In this document: piece by piece, positions 50,236 through 61,027 of the stretch | Numbering within the stretch: position 1 is the first letter of the stretch | Layout: each line of letters opens with the position of its first letter | NCBI GenBank assembly: GCA_016219325.1 | Contig: JACRNH010000024.1 | Location: forward strand, 1,789 to 65,788 | Length of the DNA: 64,000 nucleotides | DNA from: Candidatus Collierbacteria bacterium | GTDB taxonomy: Bacteria; Patescibacteriota; Microgenomatia; UBA1400; JACPES01 | Direction of reading: 5' to 3' | Program-made: the position numbers and the translations under genes | The notes under the pieces: generated by a model | What the model saw: the letters and a program-made list of their open reading frames with translations, nothing else | The model's database searches: none | Told to the model about the DNA's origin: nothing

Positions 50236-51267
50236 ATGAATATATTTATTACAGGCGGAGCCGGATTTATCGGGGTCCATACTGCAAATTACTATTTGTC
50301 TAAAGGAGACAAAATAACAATATTTGACAATTTTTTCCGCAATGGGACAAGAGAAAATATGGAATGGCTGGAGAAGAAGTGTGGAGTAAAGAGTATTGAG
50401 GTAATTGAAGGAGATGTCCGGGATTTTGAAAAGCTAAAAAAATCGATTCTAGGCCATGACGTTATAATTCATCTGGCTGGACAAGTGGCAGTGACAACTT
50501 CTGTTGTTAATCCGCGTGAAGATTTTGAAATTAATGCGCTTGGGACTTTCAATGTTTTGGAAGCGGTTCGGCTCTATATTCCCAACTCCATACTCCTATT
50601 TGCTTCAACTAATAAAGTTTATGGAGGGATGGAAGAAATTAAGATTATCAAAAAAGGAAAAAAATATATTTACCGCGATTTACCGGGTGGAATTGCCGAA
50701 TCCCAGAATTTAGATTTCCACTCTCCGTACGGATGCAGCAAGGGGACCGCGGATCAATATGTCCGCGATTATCACAGGATTTACGGATTAAAAACCGTGG
50801 TTTTCCGCCAGTCCTGTATTTACGGAACTCATCAGTTCGGAATTGAAGATCAGGGGTGGGTGAGTTGGTTTACTATTGCTGCGGTTTTAGGAAAACCGAT
50901 AACTGTTTACGGAGACGGAATGCAGGTCCGGGATGTTCTGTTCGTTGAAGATTTGGTCAGAGCCTATGATACGGCTGTTACTAATATAGATAAAGCAGCC
51001 GGAAAAATCTATAATGTCGGCGGCGGGCCGGAGTTTACTCTTTCGTTGTTGGAATTGTTGGCATTACTTGAAAAAAAATTGGATAGGAAAATTCCCTATG
51101 CTTTTGCCGACTGGCGTCCCGGCGATCAGCCGGTTTATGTCAGCAATATTTCCAAAATAAAAAAAGAGCTTGGTTGGGATCCCAAAATTGACGTTGCCGA
51201 AGGAACTTCACGGATGATTGATTGGATTGTGAAGGAAAAAGATTTAATCGAAAAAGTCTTAAAATAA
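50236..51267 (+). CDS. NAD-dependent epimerase/dehydratase (SDR; CDP-paratose-epimerase/UDP-sugar-epimerase-like)
   Basis: ITGGAGFIGVHTANYYL and the catalytic YGCSK (YxxxK) are present. Confidence 0.7.
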   Translation: MNIFITGGAGFIGVHTANYYLSKGDKITIFDNFFRNGTRENMEWLEKKCGVKSIEVIEGDVRDFEKLKKSILGHDVIIHLAGQVAVTTSVVNPREDFEINALGTFNVLEAVRLYIPNSILLFASTNKVYGGMEEIKIIKKGKKYIYRDLPGGIAESQNLDFHSPYGCSKGTADQYVRDYHRIYGLKTVVFRQSCIYGTHQFGIEDQGWVSWFTIAAVLGKPITVYGDGMQVRDVLFVEDLVRAYDTAVTNIDKAAGKIYNVGGGPEFTLSLLELLALLEKKLDRKIPYAFADWRPGDQPVYVSNISKIKKELGWDPKIDVAEGTSRMIDWIVKEKDLIEKVLK

Positions 51268-51779
51268 ACAAAGGTTTTTATGTCTTTTCCATATAGCTTC
51301 AAATTTTATCAATTAAGAGTATTCTCTTCTTGGTTTACCAATTTATCAGCCGGATTTCTTGGATCAATATTCTTCTTAATCAGCGAACGAGTTTTGTTGA
51401 CTTTCAGCGTTTTGTTATCTATACTATTCTTATATCTGTCAATCATTATTGAAAAGTATTTGGATAATCCATGAATATAACTGATATTAATCTTACCAAT
51501 ACAGTAGCTAATGCCCAACTGATTGGCGCCTTAATCGCCATTGCATTTTTATTAGCTTTCATTGCTTCTACAAGATCTAATAGAAAAGCATCTAGGTAAA
51601 AGTTGACAAGATCGGCCCAATAACTACCGATTCAATAGCTGATTCGGTTCACACAAAAATTATTAATCAAATTTCTTTACTGCCTTTATAGACATTTATA
51701 AATTCCTCTAAATTCCTCTAATTTCCTTTAATTTCCTCTAATCTCTTCTAAGTATGTTAAACTAACAACTCAATAAATT

Positions 51780-52334
51780 ATGCAAACAGCACCTGTGGGC
51801 TTATTGTCGCAGCCGAAATTATTATCTTTTACCCAAGCCCGGTTTTATTTAGCATCAACCTTTTTAATTGCCGGGAACGTTTTATTGCCGATGATGTTAC
51901 ACCAATTCGGAAATGCCGGGCAGATTTTTTTACCATTGTATTTTTTTTCTTTGCTTGGTGGTTTGCTTTATGGCTGGAAAGTCGGTTTAACGGTTGGTTT
52001 GCTTAGCCCGTTAGTAAGTTTTTTATCTACCCATATGCCTCCAATGCCAATACTCAATTTTGTAATCCTTAAATCTGTGATACTCGGCATAGGGGCGGGA
52101 GCATTAAGCAGAATATTTTCTGGAAAAGGGTTATATTTATCAAGCTTTTTGGCATTAGGTCTAATGCAGATTACAGGAATAATCGCGATATTTTACTTAA
52201 CTAATAATTTTAAAATGGCTATTGCCGATTTGACAATCGGCTATCCTGGATTGATGCTTATGTTCTTGGCAGGGCCAATTATTGCAGGGAAATTAGGAGC
52301 TAATGGAAGTAAAATCTCTGACGGAAATAATTGA
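51780..52334 (+). CDS. Small polytopic membrane protein (ECF-transporter S-component-like)
   Basis: It is 184 aa with 5-6 TM segments. The call is weak. Confidence 0.3.
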   Translation: MQTAPVGLLSQPKLLSFTQARFYLASTFLIAGNVLLPMMLHQFGNAGQIFLPLYFFSLLGGLLYGWKVGLTVGLLSPLVSFLSTHMPPMPILNFVILKSVILGIGAGALSRIFSGKGLYLSSFLALGLMQITGIIAIFYLTNNFKMAIADLTIGYPGLMLMFLAGPIIAGKLGANGSKISDGNN

Positions 52335-52701
52335 TGAGCTTAAGAAGCTTAACCTCAAAGATAAATTTGATTTGATTGTTGGAATTAGCCGTGGCGGCGT
52401 TATTCCGGCGGTAATGATATCTTCATATCTAAAATTGCCTCTTGAAATTATAAAATTGAATTTCAGAGGCGATTTTCAAGATCCCAAGTACCCGGTTCCA
52501 AAACTGGTAGACCCGATTGATTTTAATTTCGAAGGTCAACGAGTGTTATTGGTTGATGACAGATCTAATTCCGGAGCTACTTTAATAACCGCCAAAAAAT
52601 TATTGGCAAAAGCAAAATCGGTTAAAACTCTGGTAATTAACGGCAAGGCCGATTACTCATTGTTTGAGGCAGACTGCTTCAAAATGCCGTGGGAGATTTA
52701 A
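52303..52701 (+). CDS. Phosphoribosyltransferase-domain protein
   Basis: 'VLLVDDRSNSGATL' is the PRPP-binding motif. Confidence 0.6.
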   Translation: MEVKSLTEIIDELKKLNLKDKFDLIVGISRGGVIPAVMISSYLKLPLEIIKLNFRGDFQDPKYPVPKLVDPIDFNFEGQRVLLVDDRSNSGATLITAKKLLAKAKSVKTLVINGKADYSLFEADCFKMPWEI

Positions 52702-53758
52702 GATATCTTTCTTTCCACATTATCCCATAATTTGTTTTCATCATTTTTTCTACGTGTTTTATTCCGACTAGTTTGTACCACAGGTCGTAATAAATTTTAG
52801 CTGCCCAGCGCAGTAACAGTAAAAATGGCGATTTGGCGTCGAACATCAGCCATTCCATCCATTTTCCGCGGTGCCTCAACCACATTTCTGTCGCCATGAC
52901 GATATTTGATTGATTGGCTTGCTCAAATTTGAATTGCGGTAATTTGTCTCCTACTATTTCAGCTTTCATTGACCCGACTCCTACTTGCTCCGCAAAAGTA
53001 ATATGCTTTACTGTTTTTGGATTTATCCCCATTACCTTTGAAGCTGCAGTATCCAGAGCTACCCGGTCGGGAGAGGCAAAGATATATCCGACTTTGCGCG
53101 GACTGCCGGTTTTCGGTCCCTTGCCTTCCATTCCGAATAATCCATCCATTAAGGCAAAAGTAATTTTTCCCTTGAAAAAATTATTAACATCGGCTATAGC
53201 CTGATGTAAAACCATGTGGAAATTATGCCGCAGATCGTGGATACACCCCCACTGATTTTTCAAAGCGCCTGTCATTGAGGAATATGAATGAGTTTTCAAA
53301 ACCGGCATGGTAATAATCGTATCGGCCTCCAAAAGCACCCGGCTGATTTTTAATTTATGCAGAACTAAGGCTTGGGCAAAAGGAACCAGCCGGAATTCGG
53401 TGTGGCTTAAATTAACAACGGTAGCCCCGTATTTTTTAGCCAATTCTTCAATCCCCTGAACTTTGAAAGAAATATTTGCCCGCATAATCGCGGCAGTATC
53501 CGTATCGGCAATGGTTATCTTTTCCGGACGATAAATTTTGGACGACTTGATAACTTTTAAAACTCCTTCAATCACCATTGGAGTAGTGGTACAGGATGGA
53601 TAAATTGTATCCCAGACAACGTTTACTTTGAGGACTAAATTTTTCCCCTTTACATATTTTTCCCAACGAGCCAATTCCATTGCTTTGCGGACGGCTTTAA
53701 AAACAACTTCAGGATTGGTGGATTTTTGATCGACTTTGATGCAGCTAACAATACTCAT
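52679..53758 (-). CDS. DUF362-family protein
   Basis: DUF362-like sequence. Start at the internal Met (MSIVSCIK). The upstream ORF-track extension runs through an (AACTAACAAA)n tandem repeat at 53760-53830. Confidence 0.45.
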   Translation of the reverse strand: MSIVSCIKVDQKSTNPEVVFKAVRKAMELARWEKYVKGKNLVLKVNVVWDTIYPSCTTTPMVIEGVLKVIKSSKIYRPEKITIADTDTAAIMRANISFKVQGIEELAKKYGATVVNLSHTEFRLVPFAQALVLHKLKISRVLLEADTIITMPVLKTHSYSSMTGALKNQWGCIHDLRHNFHMVLHQAIADVNNFFKGKITFALMDGLFGMEGKGPKTGSPRKVGYIFASPDRVALDTAASKVMGINPKTVKHITFAEQVGVGSMKAEIVGDKLPQFKFEQANQSNIVMATEMWLRHRGKWMEWLMFDAKSPFLLLLRWAAKIYYDLWYKLVGIKHVEKMMKTNYGIMWKERYLKSPTAF

Positions 53759-53851
53759 AATATAAACTAACAAACTTACAAAATTACAAACTAACAAAAA
53801 AAACTAACAAACAGAAAAACTAAAAAACTCTAATCCTGGTTCAGTTTATTT

Positions 53852-54613
53852 TCACGGTTTATTTGTCCGTTTGTCGTTTTTATATTCAGGATGGCTTGCC
53901 AGTTTTTTCATTCTTTCGGTAATCATAATTCCCAAGTATTTCGGAACGGATTGGAAAATTGTCAATTTTGATTGACCTTCGCCGCGGCGTTCATATCGAA
54001 TAGGGATTTCGCCAACCTTGTATCCGTGAAGATGGAATTTCACCGGAATTTCGGTATGAATCTCAAACCAACCGCTTTGTAAGTTCAATTTTCGGAGAGC
54101 AGATGCTCTCATAATTCTGTAGCCGCTGCTGGCGTCGTGGAGGGGATATCCGGTGATTAATTTGGCTGCGAAAGCGCACGATTGAGAAAGAAGTAAACGA
54201 AAAGCCGGGCCGTCCATTGACCCGCCTGACACAAACCGGCTGCCGATTACCATATCGAATCCTTTATTCGCGGCAGCGATAAAATCAGGAATTTCTTCCG
54301 GCCGGTGCGAGAGATCGCTGTCCAGAGTAATAATCCATTTTCCGCGGGCAACTGCGAATCCGGCTCTTTCAGCGTTTCCCGGACCGTTTTTGGAAAAGCG
54401 GTGGATAACCCTGATTTGCGGAAATTTATCCGAGAGCTTATCCAATAATTTCCCGGTGTTATCCGAGCTGACATCATCTATGGCAATCACTTCATAAGAA
54501 AGCCGGTTGGCGGTAGCCATTTTTACAATTCTGGCTACAAACGGAAGGATGTTTCCCTCTTCATTATGGGCCGGAATAACAATTGAATATTCAGGATTTT
54601 TGCTATTTGTCAT
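53852..54613 (-). CDS. Polyprenol-phosphate glycosyltransferase (GT2, DPM1/ArnC-like)
   Basis: YSIVIPAHNEEGNI...AIDDVSSDNT. Confidence 0.8.
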   Translation of the reverse strand: MTNSKNPEYSIVIPAHNEEGNILPFVARIVKMATANRLSYEVIAIDDVSSDNTGKLLDKLSDKFPQIRVIHRFSKNGPGNAERAGFAVARGKWIITLDSDLSHRPEEIPDFIAAANKGFDMVIGSRFVSGGSMDGPAFRLLLSQSCAFAAKLITGYPLHDASSGYRIMRASALRKLNLQSGWFEIHTEIPVKFHLHGYKVGEIPIRYERRGEGQSKLTIFQSVPKYLGIMITERMKKLASHPEYKNDKRTNKP

Positions 54614-54631
54614 AATAAAACATAGTCTATC

Positions 54632-55906
54632 ATGAAAACCCGCTTAATCACAGTTATAAGTTTAGTTTTACCGTTTATTTTATGGGGAAAATTAATCCCG
54701 TTTTCTTTGGCGCAGGATGATTATTATCTGATTTCTCAAGCAGCTTTTAATTCCGTGCGCCAACAGGTTTTGTCTTCGTTACCGAATACGAATTCAATAT
54801 TTTTTCGCCCTTTAGGAATGCAGGCGTATTTTTATCTGGCAGTTAGGTTGTTTTGGATAACCGCTTGGAAATATCGGATTGTTGCCGTATTGATTCATGG
54901 AATTAATTCCATTTTAGTCTATAAGATAAGCCAAAAAATAATTAAATCCGGAGCTATATTTGTCTGGTTAATGTATTTGGCAGCCCCCTGGCAATTTGCG
55001 GCAATTGGCTGGATTGTAAATATTTCATATTTATCCGGCGCAATGTTTGCATTTTTATCTATTCTATCGGCTCTTGAAAAGAGGCTTTATCTTCCGATTT
55101 TATTCTTTACTATGGGAATTTTGACAAATGAATTGGTTGCGGTAGTTCCGCTGCTGATGATATTGCTGTGCATTCCCCGGAAAAGACGTTTAATAATCCC
55201 GATATTTATGATTTTGGGATTATACGGACTTGTTAGATTAAAATTTCCCTCCGCTTCAACCGGCGATTATGGATTTATGATCGGATCTAATGTTATTCAA
55301 AATATCCGTTGGCTATTGACATGGGCATTGGGTTGGCCGGAAACATATAAAGACCAATTTATTTCATTTTTCAATATTAATAAGTCGTTTCTATCAACTT
55401 TCCCCGGAGAAACTTTTATTTTTGCCGTAACGTCAATTGTGATTTTGGAAGTTGTCTTAATAACAGCACAGAACATTAGGCGGATATTGTTTGGAATATC
55501 TTGGTTTGCGGTTGCCTTGTCTCCGGTGATTTTTTTCACCAGTCACATTTATCCGCATTATGCTGTTATCGCCGTTGTTGGCCTATATTTGATTATTGCC
55601 GATGCTCTGTCTCAATCTTCACGGAAGTTGACGGCAGTGTTTATTATTTTGTGGATTATGCAATTTGTAGCTGGATTGAAAATAAATTTAGTTACTCATT
55701 GGTGGCCAAGACATGCTTTAGAAGCCGGTAATCTGATTTCAAAAATAACGAACAATCATCCATTTCTGCCCGGGGATAAAAGATTATTTCTTGAAACCTG
55801 TAACTCGGTACAGACTAAATTAGTTCTTTCAGGGGATAATGCCGTAAAACTTATATATAATGATCCAGATGCTAAACTCAATCTCAATTGTAATCCCCAG
55901 TTATAA
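54632..55906 (+). CDS. Polytopic membrane protein (GT-C-like)
   Basis: Multi-TM protein in the glycosylation locus. Confidence 0.45.
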   Translation: MKTRLITVISLVLPFILWGKLIPFSLAQDDYYLISQAAFNSVRQQVLSSLPNTNSIFFRPLGMQAYFYLAVRLFWITAWKYRIVAVLIHGINSILVYKISQKIIKSGAIFVWLMYLAAPWQFAAIGWIVNISYLSGAMFAFLSILSALEKRLYLPILFFTMGILTNELVAVVPLLMILLCIPRKRRLIIPIFMILGLYGLVRLKFPSASTGDYGFMIGSNVIQNIRWLLTWALGWPETYKDQFISFFNINKSFLSTFPGETFIFAVTSIVILEVVLITAQNIRRILFGISWFAVALSPVIFFTSHIYPHYAVIAVVGLYLIIADALSQSSRKLTAVFIILWIMQFVAGLKINLVTHWWPRHALEAGNLISKITNNHPFLPGDKRLFLETCNSVQTKLVLSGDNAVKLIYNDPDAKLNLNCNPQL

Positions 55907-56831
55907 CGGTAAATTACTGCTGGAAAAAAATTTGCCGGCGGTTATATATTCCTTGAGGCGTCTGGAAAGGCCTGGCCCTGCGAAGCAGGGCCAGGCCTTT
56001 ATTGATTCCGAAATAATAGTTGTGGACGATGCTTCTTCGGATAGCACAGAAAAATGGTTAACGGCAGAATATCCGGAAGTAAAGTTAATAAAAAATAAAA
56101 ACAATTTGCGTTTTGCTCGTTCATGTAACCGCGGGGTAAATGCTGCCAAGGGAGAGATTGTGGTTTTATTAAATAATGATGTCAGTCCCAGTCCTGACTT
56201 TTTGTCTTATGTGATCCCGCATTTTGGAGACGAAAAAGTATTCGCGGTCGGCTTCGGAGAAATAAACTCGGTTGACGGAAAAATTATTCACGGAGGAAGA
56301 GGTGTATCCAAATTTGAGCGGGGACTGGTTATGCATTGGCGCCCAATAGACCAAAAAAGTCCGGTGGTAACATGGCTTTCCGGCGGCAGTATGGCTTTCA
56401 ACAAAAGTATTTGGGAAAGGCTGGGGGGATTTGATGAGTTATTTAGACCGGCTTATGAGGAAGACCGGGATTTATGTTGGCAGGCTTTAAAATCAGGCTA
56501 TAAAATAGTTTTTGAGCAGAAAGCTGTTGTTGAACATTTTCACGAATCCACTAATTTAAAATTATTCGGAAAGACAAAAATATCTATGTACTCGTTAAAA
56601 AATCAGCTTCTTTTTGTTTGGAAAAATATATCTTCTCCAAAATACTTGTTGAGCCATTTAATTTGGTTTCCGTATCATTTAATTTTAACTACAATAAGGA
56701 CTAAGGGAATATTTTTGGCAGCATTTTGCTGGGCTTTGACGCAGTTGCCGGAGACTTTGATATCCAGAAAAAGCGCTTCAAAACTTTGGAGAATAGATGA
56801 TGAAGAAATTTTTAAATTGGCTGAAAAATAA
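55860..56831 (+). CDS. Family-2 glycosyltransferase
   Basis: ISIVIPSYNGK...VVDDASSDST and LLNNDV are present. It contains a family-B insertion (ERPGPAKQGQAF). Confidence 0.75.
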   Translation: MIQMLNSISIVIPSYNGKLLLEKNLPAVIYSLRRLERPGPAKQGQAFIDSEIIVVDDASSDSTEKWLTAEYPEVKLIKNKNNLRFARSCNRGVNAAKGEIVVLLNNDVSPSPDFLSYVIPHFGDEKVFAVGFGEINSVDGKIIHGGRGVSKFERGLVMHWRPIDQKSPVVTWLSGGSMAFNKSIWERLGGFDELFRPAYEEDRDLCWQALKSGYKIVFEQKAVVEHFHESTNLKLFGKTKISMYSLKNQLLFVWKNISSPKYLLSHLIWFPYHLILTTIRTKGIFLAAFCWALTQLPETLISRKSASKLWRIDDEEIFKLAEK

Positions 56832-58380
56832 TTGGCTGTTTCTGCTGGTTGTAATAATCGGCGGGCTCTTAAGATTTTACCGTTTGCAGGATTTAGCAAC
56901 ATTCGGTGGGGATCAGGGGGTTGATTATCAAAATGTTGCCAGAATGATTGCGGAAAGAAAGTTGTCGCTGTTGGGACCAATAACTCACGTAGGAATATTT
57001 TTAGGACCGCTATATTATTATTTATTAATTCCTTTTTTCCTGATCTTCAATTTTGATCCGATTGCCGCTCCGGTGATGTTTGCGCTTTTCGGAACTGCCA
57101 CCGTGGGATTGGTTTATATACTGGCTATAAAGTTTTTTTCTTTCATCCATCATCCATCATCCCGCCGGGCAGAGTCTCTGGGCGGCGCCATCATCCATCA
57201 TTACCAAGAATTCGCTTTTCTAACCGCTCTTTTCTATGCCGTTTCTCCCGTCATTCTTGAATCCAGCCGGGCGCCGTCTCAACCGCACCTGATTCCTTTT
57301 TTTGCAACTTTGCTATTAATTTCAATCTTCCGCATTGTTGAGAAAACAGATAAATGGTGGGATTGGGTGGGGCTTGGGATTGCATCGGGAAGTTTGATTC
57401 AACTTCACTTTTTAACATTTCCGATATATATATTTTTCCTGATCATTTTGTCTTTGGTTGTTGCCGCCAAACGGATACAAATTTCATTGTTTCCTGTTTC
57501 CTGTTTCTTGTTTTCTGTTTTGCTTTTATTTCCCTGGCTCCTTTTTGAACTTCGCCATAACTTCTTTATCACCAATCAGGTTATTGCTTATCTCCGTTCA
57601 GGAGAGGTTTCGTTTTCTCCGGCAAATTATTTTGAAAGAGTTCTTGATTTGATTTGGTTTTCGTTTGACCGCTTAATCGGCCAGGGGAATCAGGCTATAA
57701 CTATTATTGCAATTATTTTAAGTTTGACTGGTATTATTTCTAATAAGGTTACACCTTGTCGTACGCTAAGGTGTAACCTTTTGAGCCCTACAGGAATAAT
57801 CGTGTTTTATTTCTTGATAAATATCTTAGGAATCGCTCTTTACAAATTCCCTCTTTCAAATCATTATATATCAGCTTTATACACGGTAATTATTTTATTT
57901 TTTTCGCTAGGAATTGTTAAAATTCTGCCGAAATCATTGTCTTTTATCGTATTTATTATGTTTATAACCTTTATTTCTTCCCAAAATAATTTAGACTCAA
58001 ATCACGGGTATACCATGCCGGAGTGGGTTAACGCCAGTTTGATTGAAAAGGCCGCAAATATAATCTCATCAGATATCAAAAATAGGCCAGGAACTTATAA
58101 CGTAGTAAACACATTGGACGGCGATACCCGGGCTAATCCTTACCGCTATGTCCTAACTTACAGAAATAAAGTTCCGCCGTTGGGAGTCGAAAAATATTCA
58201 GAAGCGGACTATTTATATATTGTTTCCAGAGGTGCCAGAAATGAGCTTTTGGAAGATAAACGTTGGGAATTATTAAGTTTTCCGGTTGGGAATATTGAAT
58301 CCTTGGGAACGATCGGAGGAGATATAAAATTGTACAGGTGGGATAATGGTAGAGCGGACAGAAAGGATTTAATGAAATGA
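56797..58380 (+). CDS. Polytopic membrane protein, GT-C-like (paralog family 2)
   Basis: FGGDQGVDYQNVARM...GPITHVGIFLGPLYYYLL. It contains a family-C-like insertion and repeat-derived 'VSCFLFSVLLLF'. Confidence 0.5.
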   Translation: MMKKFLNWLKNNWLFLLVVIIGGLLRFYRLQDLATFGGDQGVDYQNVARMIAERKLSLLGPITHVGIFLGPLYYYLLIPFFLIFNFDPIAAPVMFALFGTATVGLVYILAIKFFSFIHHPSSRRAESLGGAIIHHYQEFAFLTALFYAVSPVILESSRAPSQPHLIPFFATLLLISIFRIVEKTDKWWDWVGLGIASGSLIQLHFLTFPIYIFFLIILSLVVAAKRIQISLFPVSCFLFSVLLLFPWLLFELRHNFFITNQVIAYLRSGEVSFSPANYFERVLDLIWFSFDRLIGQGNQAITIIAIILSLTGIISNKVTPCRTLRCNLLSPTGIIVFYFLINILGIALYKFPLSNHYISALYTVIILFFSLGIVKILPKSLSFIVFIMFITFISSQNNLDSNHGYTMPEWVNASLIEKAANIISSDIKNRPGTYNVVNTLDGDTRANPYRYVLTYRNKVPPLGVEKYSEADYLYIVSRGARNELLEDKRWELLSFPVGNIESLGTIGGDIKLYRWDNGRADRKDLMK

Positions 58381-59216
58381 AAATAGCAACGGTCATTTTA
58401 GTTTACGGAAAAAGTCAAAATTTAGAAGAATGTTTGGCCAGTTTAAAAGTATCCAACAGTTCAGGGATAGATAATAAAATTATCGTTGTTGACAATTCAA
58501 AAGATAATGCCGGATATTCAGGAGGCAATAATAAAGGTATCCTTCAGGCTTTAGCAGGAGGGGCTGAGGCAGTGTTACTCCTGAATGATGACACCAAAGT
58601 TGATAAATCGGTCATGGTAGAGATGCTTGAAGCACTGAAAGATAAGCAAGTCGGAATGGTGTCCCCTAAAATTTATTTTTATCCCGGATTTGAATATCAT
58701 AAGGATAGATATAAGCCAAAAGACAAAGGAAAAGTTATCTGGTATGCCGGCGGGTTGATTGATTGGAATAATTGTCTGGGAATTCACCGTGGCGTTGATG
58801 AGGTTGACATAGGGCAGTATCAGAAAAAAGAAGAAACAGAGTTTGCCACAGGTTGCGCGGTTTTAGTAAAAAAAGAAGTTTTTGAAAAAATAGGCTTGTA
58901 TGACGAAAGATACTTTTTATATTTGGAAGATTTGGATCTTTCTGTAAGGGTAAAGAGGGCTGGATTTAAAATTATTTATCAGCCAAAAGCGGTAGTCTGG
59001 CATAAAAACGCCCAATCAAGCGGATCCGGGTCGGGATTGCACGATTATTTTTTTACCAGGAATAGGTTGTTGTTTGGACTTGAGAACGCGTCTTTCAAAA
59101 CAAAATTTGCCCTAGTCAGGGAAAGTATTGGAATTTTTTTGACAGGTAATAATTGGAAAAGAAGAGGTGTATTGGATTTCTATTTGAGAAAACTCGGTCG
59201 CGGTAGTTGGATTTGA
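58377..59216 (+). CDS. Family-2 glycosyltransferase (rhamnosyltransferase-like)
   Basis: VILVYGKSQNLEECLASL...LNDDTKV. Confidence 0.7.
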   Translation: MKIATVILVYGKSQNLEECLASLKVSNSSGIDNKIIVVDNSKDNAGYSGGNNKGILQALAGGAEAVLLLNDDTKVDKSVMVEMLEALKDKQVGMVSPKIYFYPGFEYHKDRYKPKDKGKVIWYAGGLIDWNNCLGIHRGVDEVDIGQYQKKEETEFATGCAVLVKKEVFEKIGLYDERYFLYLEDLDLSVRVKRAGFKIIYQPKAVVWHKNAQSSGSGSGLHDYFFTRNRLLFGLENASFKTKFALVRESIGIFLTGNNWKRRGVLDFYLRKLGRGSWI

Positions 59217-59229
59217 TACATGGTCTCAT

Positions 59230-59265
59230 TGTCATTCCTGCGAAAGCAGGAATCTATATAAATAT
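59230..59265. repeat. Family-A hairpin repeat
   Basis: ttgtcattccTGCGAAAGCAggaatctatataaata. Confidence 0.8.
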
Positions 59266-59284
59266 TATAATTTTGCTCACTACT

Positions 59285-60052
59285 ATGAAATTATCCGCAA
59301 TTGTAATCACTAAAAATGCTGCCGACAAAATCGAGGATTGTCTTGAATCTTTAAAATTCGCGGATGAAGTGATTGTGGTGGATTCAGGATCGACGGATGC
59401 AACAAAAGATATTGCGGTGAAAGCAGGAGCTAAATTTTTTAAAGTCGATAATATTGGTTACTCCCACAGCCGGAATGTCGGAGCCCAAAAAGCCAAAGGC
59501 GAATGGTTGCTTTATGTTGACGCGGACGAAAGAGTGACTGAAAATCTCCAAAAAGAAATCCTCCCTAATCTCCCCAAATCCCCTAATTTCCAAAGTTTCA
59601 AAATCTACCGCAAAAATATCATTCTCGGTCAATGGCTCCGCCACGGCGGCTGGTGGCCTGATCCGGTCCACAGGTTAATAAAAAAATCTGCTCTTAGAGA
59701 ATGGCAAGGCGAGTTGCACGAATATCCGGTGGTTGAGGGCGAAGCCGGGACTATAACTGAACCAATAGTCCATTATTCAAAGAATTCAATTTCAGAAATG
59801 GTTAAGAATTCCCGCCAATTTGCGCCGATTGAGGCTGAATTGAAATTGAAAGCCGGACATCCGCCGGTAAAAATTTATCATTTTATTTTAGCTATGTGGG
59901 GCGAATTTTGGACAAGAGGGATTTTAAAAGCAGGTTGGTTGGACGGAGTGGTCGGCATAATCGAAATTTTTTACCAAATGTTCCATCAATTTATGGTCTA
60001 TTCGATCCTTTGGCAAATGCAGCAGACAAAAAGAGTAAAGAGTAATGAGTAA
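59285..60052 (+). CDS. Family-2 glycosyltransferase (LPS-core-type)
   Basis: LSAIVITKNAADKI...VVDSGSTDAT. Start at the internal ATG after the repeat. The ORF-track start is 59207. It carries the family-E 'LPNLPKSPNF' insertion. Confidence 0.75.
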   Translation: MKLSAIVITKNAADKIEDCLESLKFADEVIVVDSGSTDATKDIAVKAGAKFFKVDNIGYSHSRNVGAQKAKGEWLLYVDADERVTENLQKEILPNLPKSPNFQSFKIYRKNIILGQWLRHGGWWPDPVHRLIKKSALREWQGELHEYPVVEGEAGTITEPIVHYSKNSISEMVKNSRQFAPIEAELKLKAGHPPVKIYHFILAMWGEFWTRGILKAGWLDGVVGIIEIFYQMFHQFMVYSILWQMQQTKRVKSNE

Positions 60053-60066
60053 AGAGTAATGAACCA
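60031..60066. repeat. Family-D 'AGTAATGAGTAA' element (half-site) at a cistron junction
   Basis: aagagtaaagagtaatgagtaaagagtaatgaacc supplies ...KRVKSNE* to the upstream gene. Confidence 0.7.
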
Positions 60067-60073
60067 ATAGACT

Positions 60074-61027
60074 ATGAATCAAAAATCACAAATAATTTTA
60101 TATCAGACACCCGACGGTCAGTTGAAAGTCCAAGTAACACTGGAGAAAGAAACCGTTTGGTTGAATCAAGACCAGATATCACAGCTTTTCCAAACAGATA
60201 GGACTAATGTTTTTAAACACATAAAAAATATTTTTGAGACTGGAGAATTAGATCAAACTACAACTTGTGCAAAATTTGCACAACATCTACCAGACGGAAG
60301 AGTTTATAGCGTACTTCATTACAATTTAGACGTAATAATTTCAGTTGGATATCGGGTAAATTCTTATCGCGGTACGCAATTTCGGATTTGGGCAACTAAA
60401 ACTTTAAAAGAATACATGATTAAAGGTTTCGTGATGGATGATGAAAGGTTATCTCAAGGAAAAACAGGAGATAGATTTAATTATTATGATGAACTTTTAG
60501 AACGTGTTCGGGCAATCAGAGCATCGGAAAAGAATTTATACGAAAAAGTAAAAGAAATTTTTGCCACCAGCGTGGACTATAACTCTAAAACAAAAGACGC
60601 CATTAGATTTTTCGCCACTGTCCAAAATAAGTTTCACTACGCGATTACCGGATACACCGCGGCGGAGCTAATTATTAAAAGAGCCAGCGGAAGGCAAAAA
60701 AACTTGGGAATGACTAATTGGAAGGGTAAAAGCATTGTCAAAAGTGACGCGTTAATTGCCAAAAATTACATGCTGGAGAGAGAACTCCGTCAACTGTATC
60801 TGTTAGTAGAGCAGTTTTTATCTTTTGCCGAACTTCAGATTGAGAGAGAAAGACCGATGTATATGAGCGATTGGAGAGAAGCGCTTGACGAGTTTTTAAC
60901 ATTAAATAGGTTGGAATTGCTGAAGGGAAAGGGTGGAATATCGCGTCAGAAGATGGAAAAGTTTATTAGGAATGAATTAAAGAAATATAAAAAAGTTTTA
61001 CGGTTGTCTTTAAGGAAAAGAATATGA
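60074..61027 (+). CDS. RhuM-family protein (virulence/defence-island associated, KilA-N-like DNA-binding)
   Basis: QIILYQTPDGQLKVQVTLEKETVWLNQDQISQLFQTDRTNVFKHIKNIFETGEL is the RhuM-family N-terminal pattern. Confidence 0.7.
   Translation: MNQKSQIILYQTPDGQLKVQVTLEKETVWLNQDQISQLFQTDRTNVFKHIKNIFETGELDQTTTCAKFAQHLPDGRVYSVLHYNLDVIISVGYRVNSYRGTQFRIWATKTLKEYMIKGFVMDDERLSQGKTGDRFNYYDELLERVRAIRASEKNLYEKVKEIFATSVDYNSKTKDAIRFFATVQNKFHYAITGYTAAELIIKRASGRQKNLGMTNWKGKSIVKSDALIAKNYMLERELRQLYLLVEQFLSFAELQIERERPMYMSDWREALDEFLTLNRLELLKGKGGISRQKMEKFIRNELKKYKKVLRLSLRKRI

Noticed and set aside
51280-51518. Two overlapping 64-69-aa ORFs (51280..51474 plus; 51309..51518 minus) downstream of the epimerase
   Set aside because: They are mutually exclusive and low-complexity, and no motif is present. 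They are left unannotated. The region up to 51780 also contains an 'aattcctcta' decamer tandem array and is likely non-coding.
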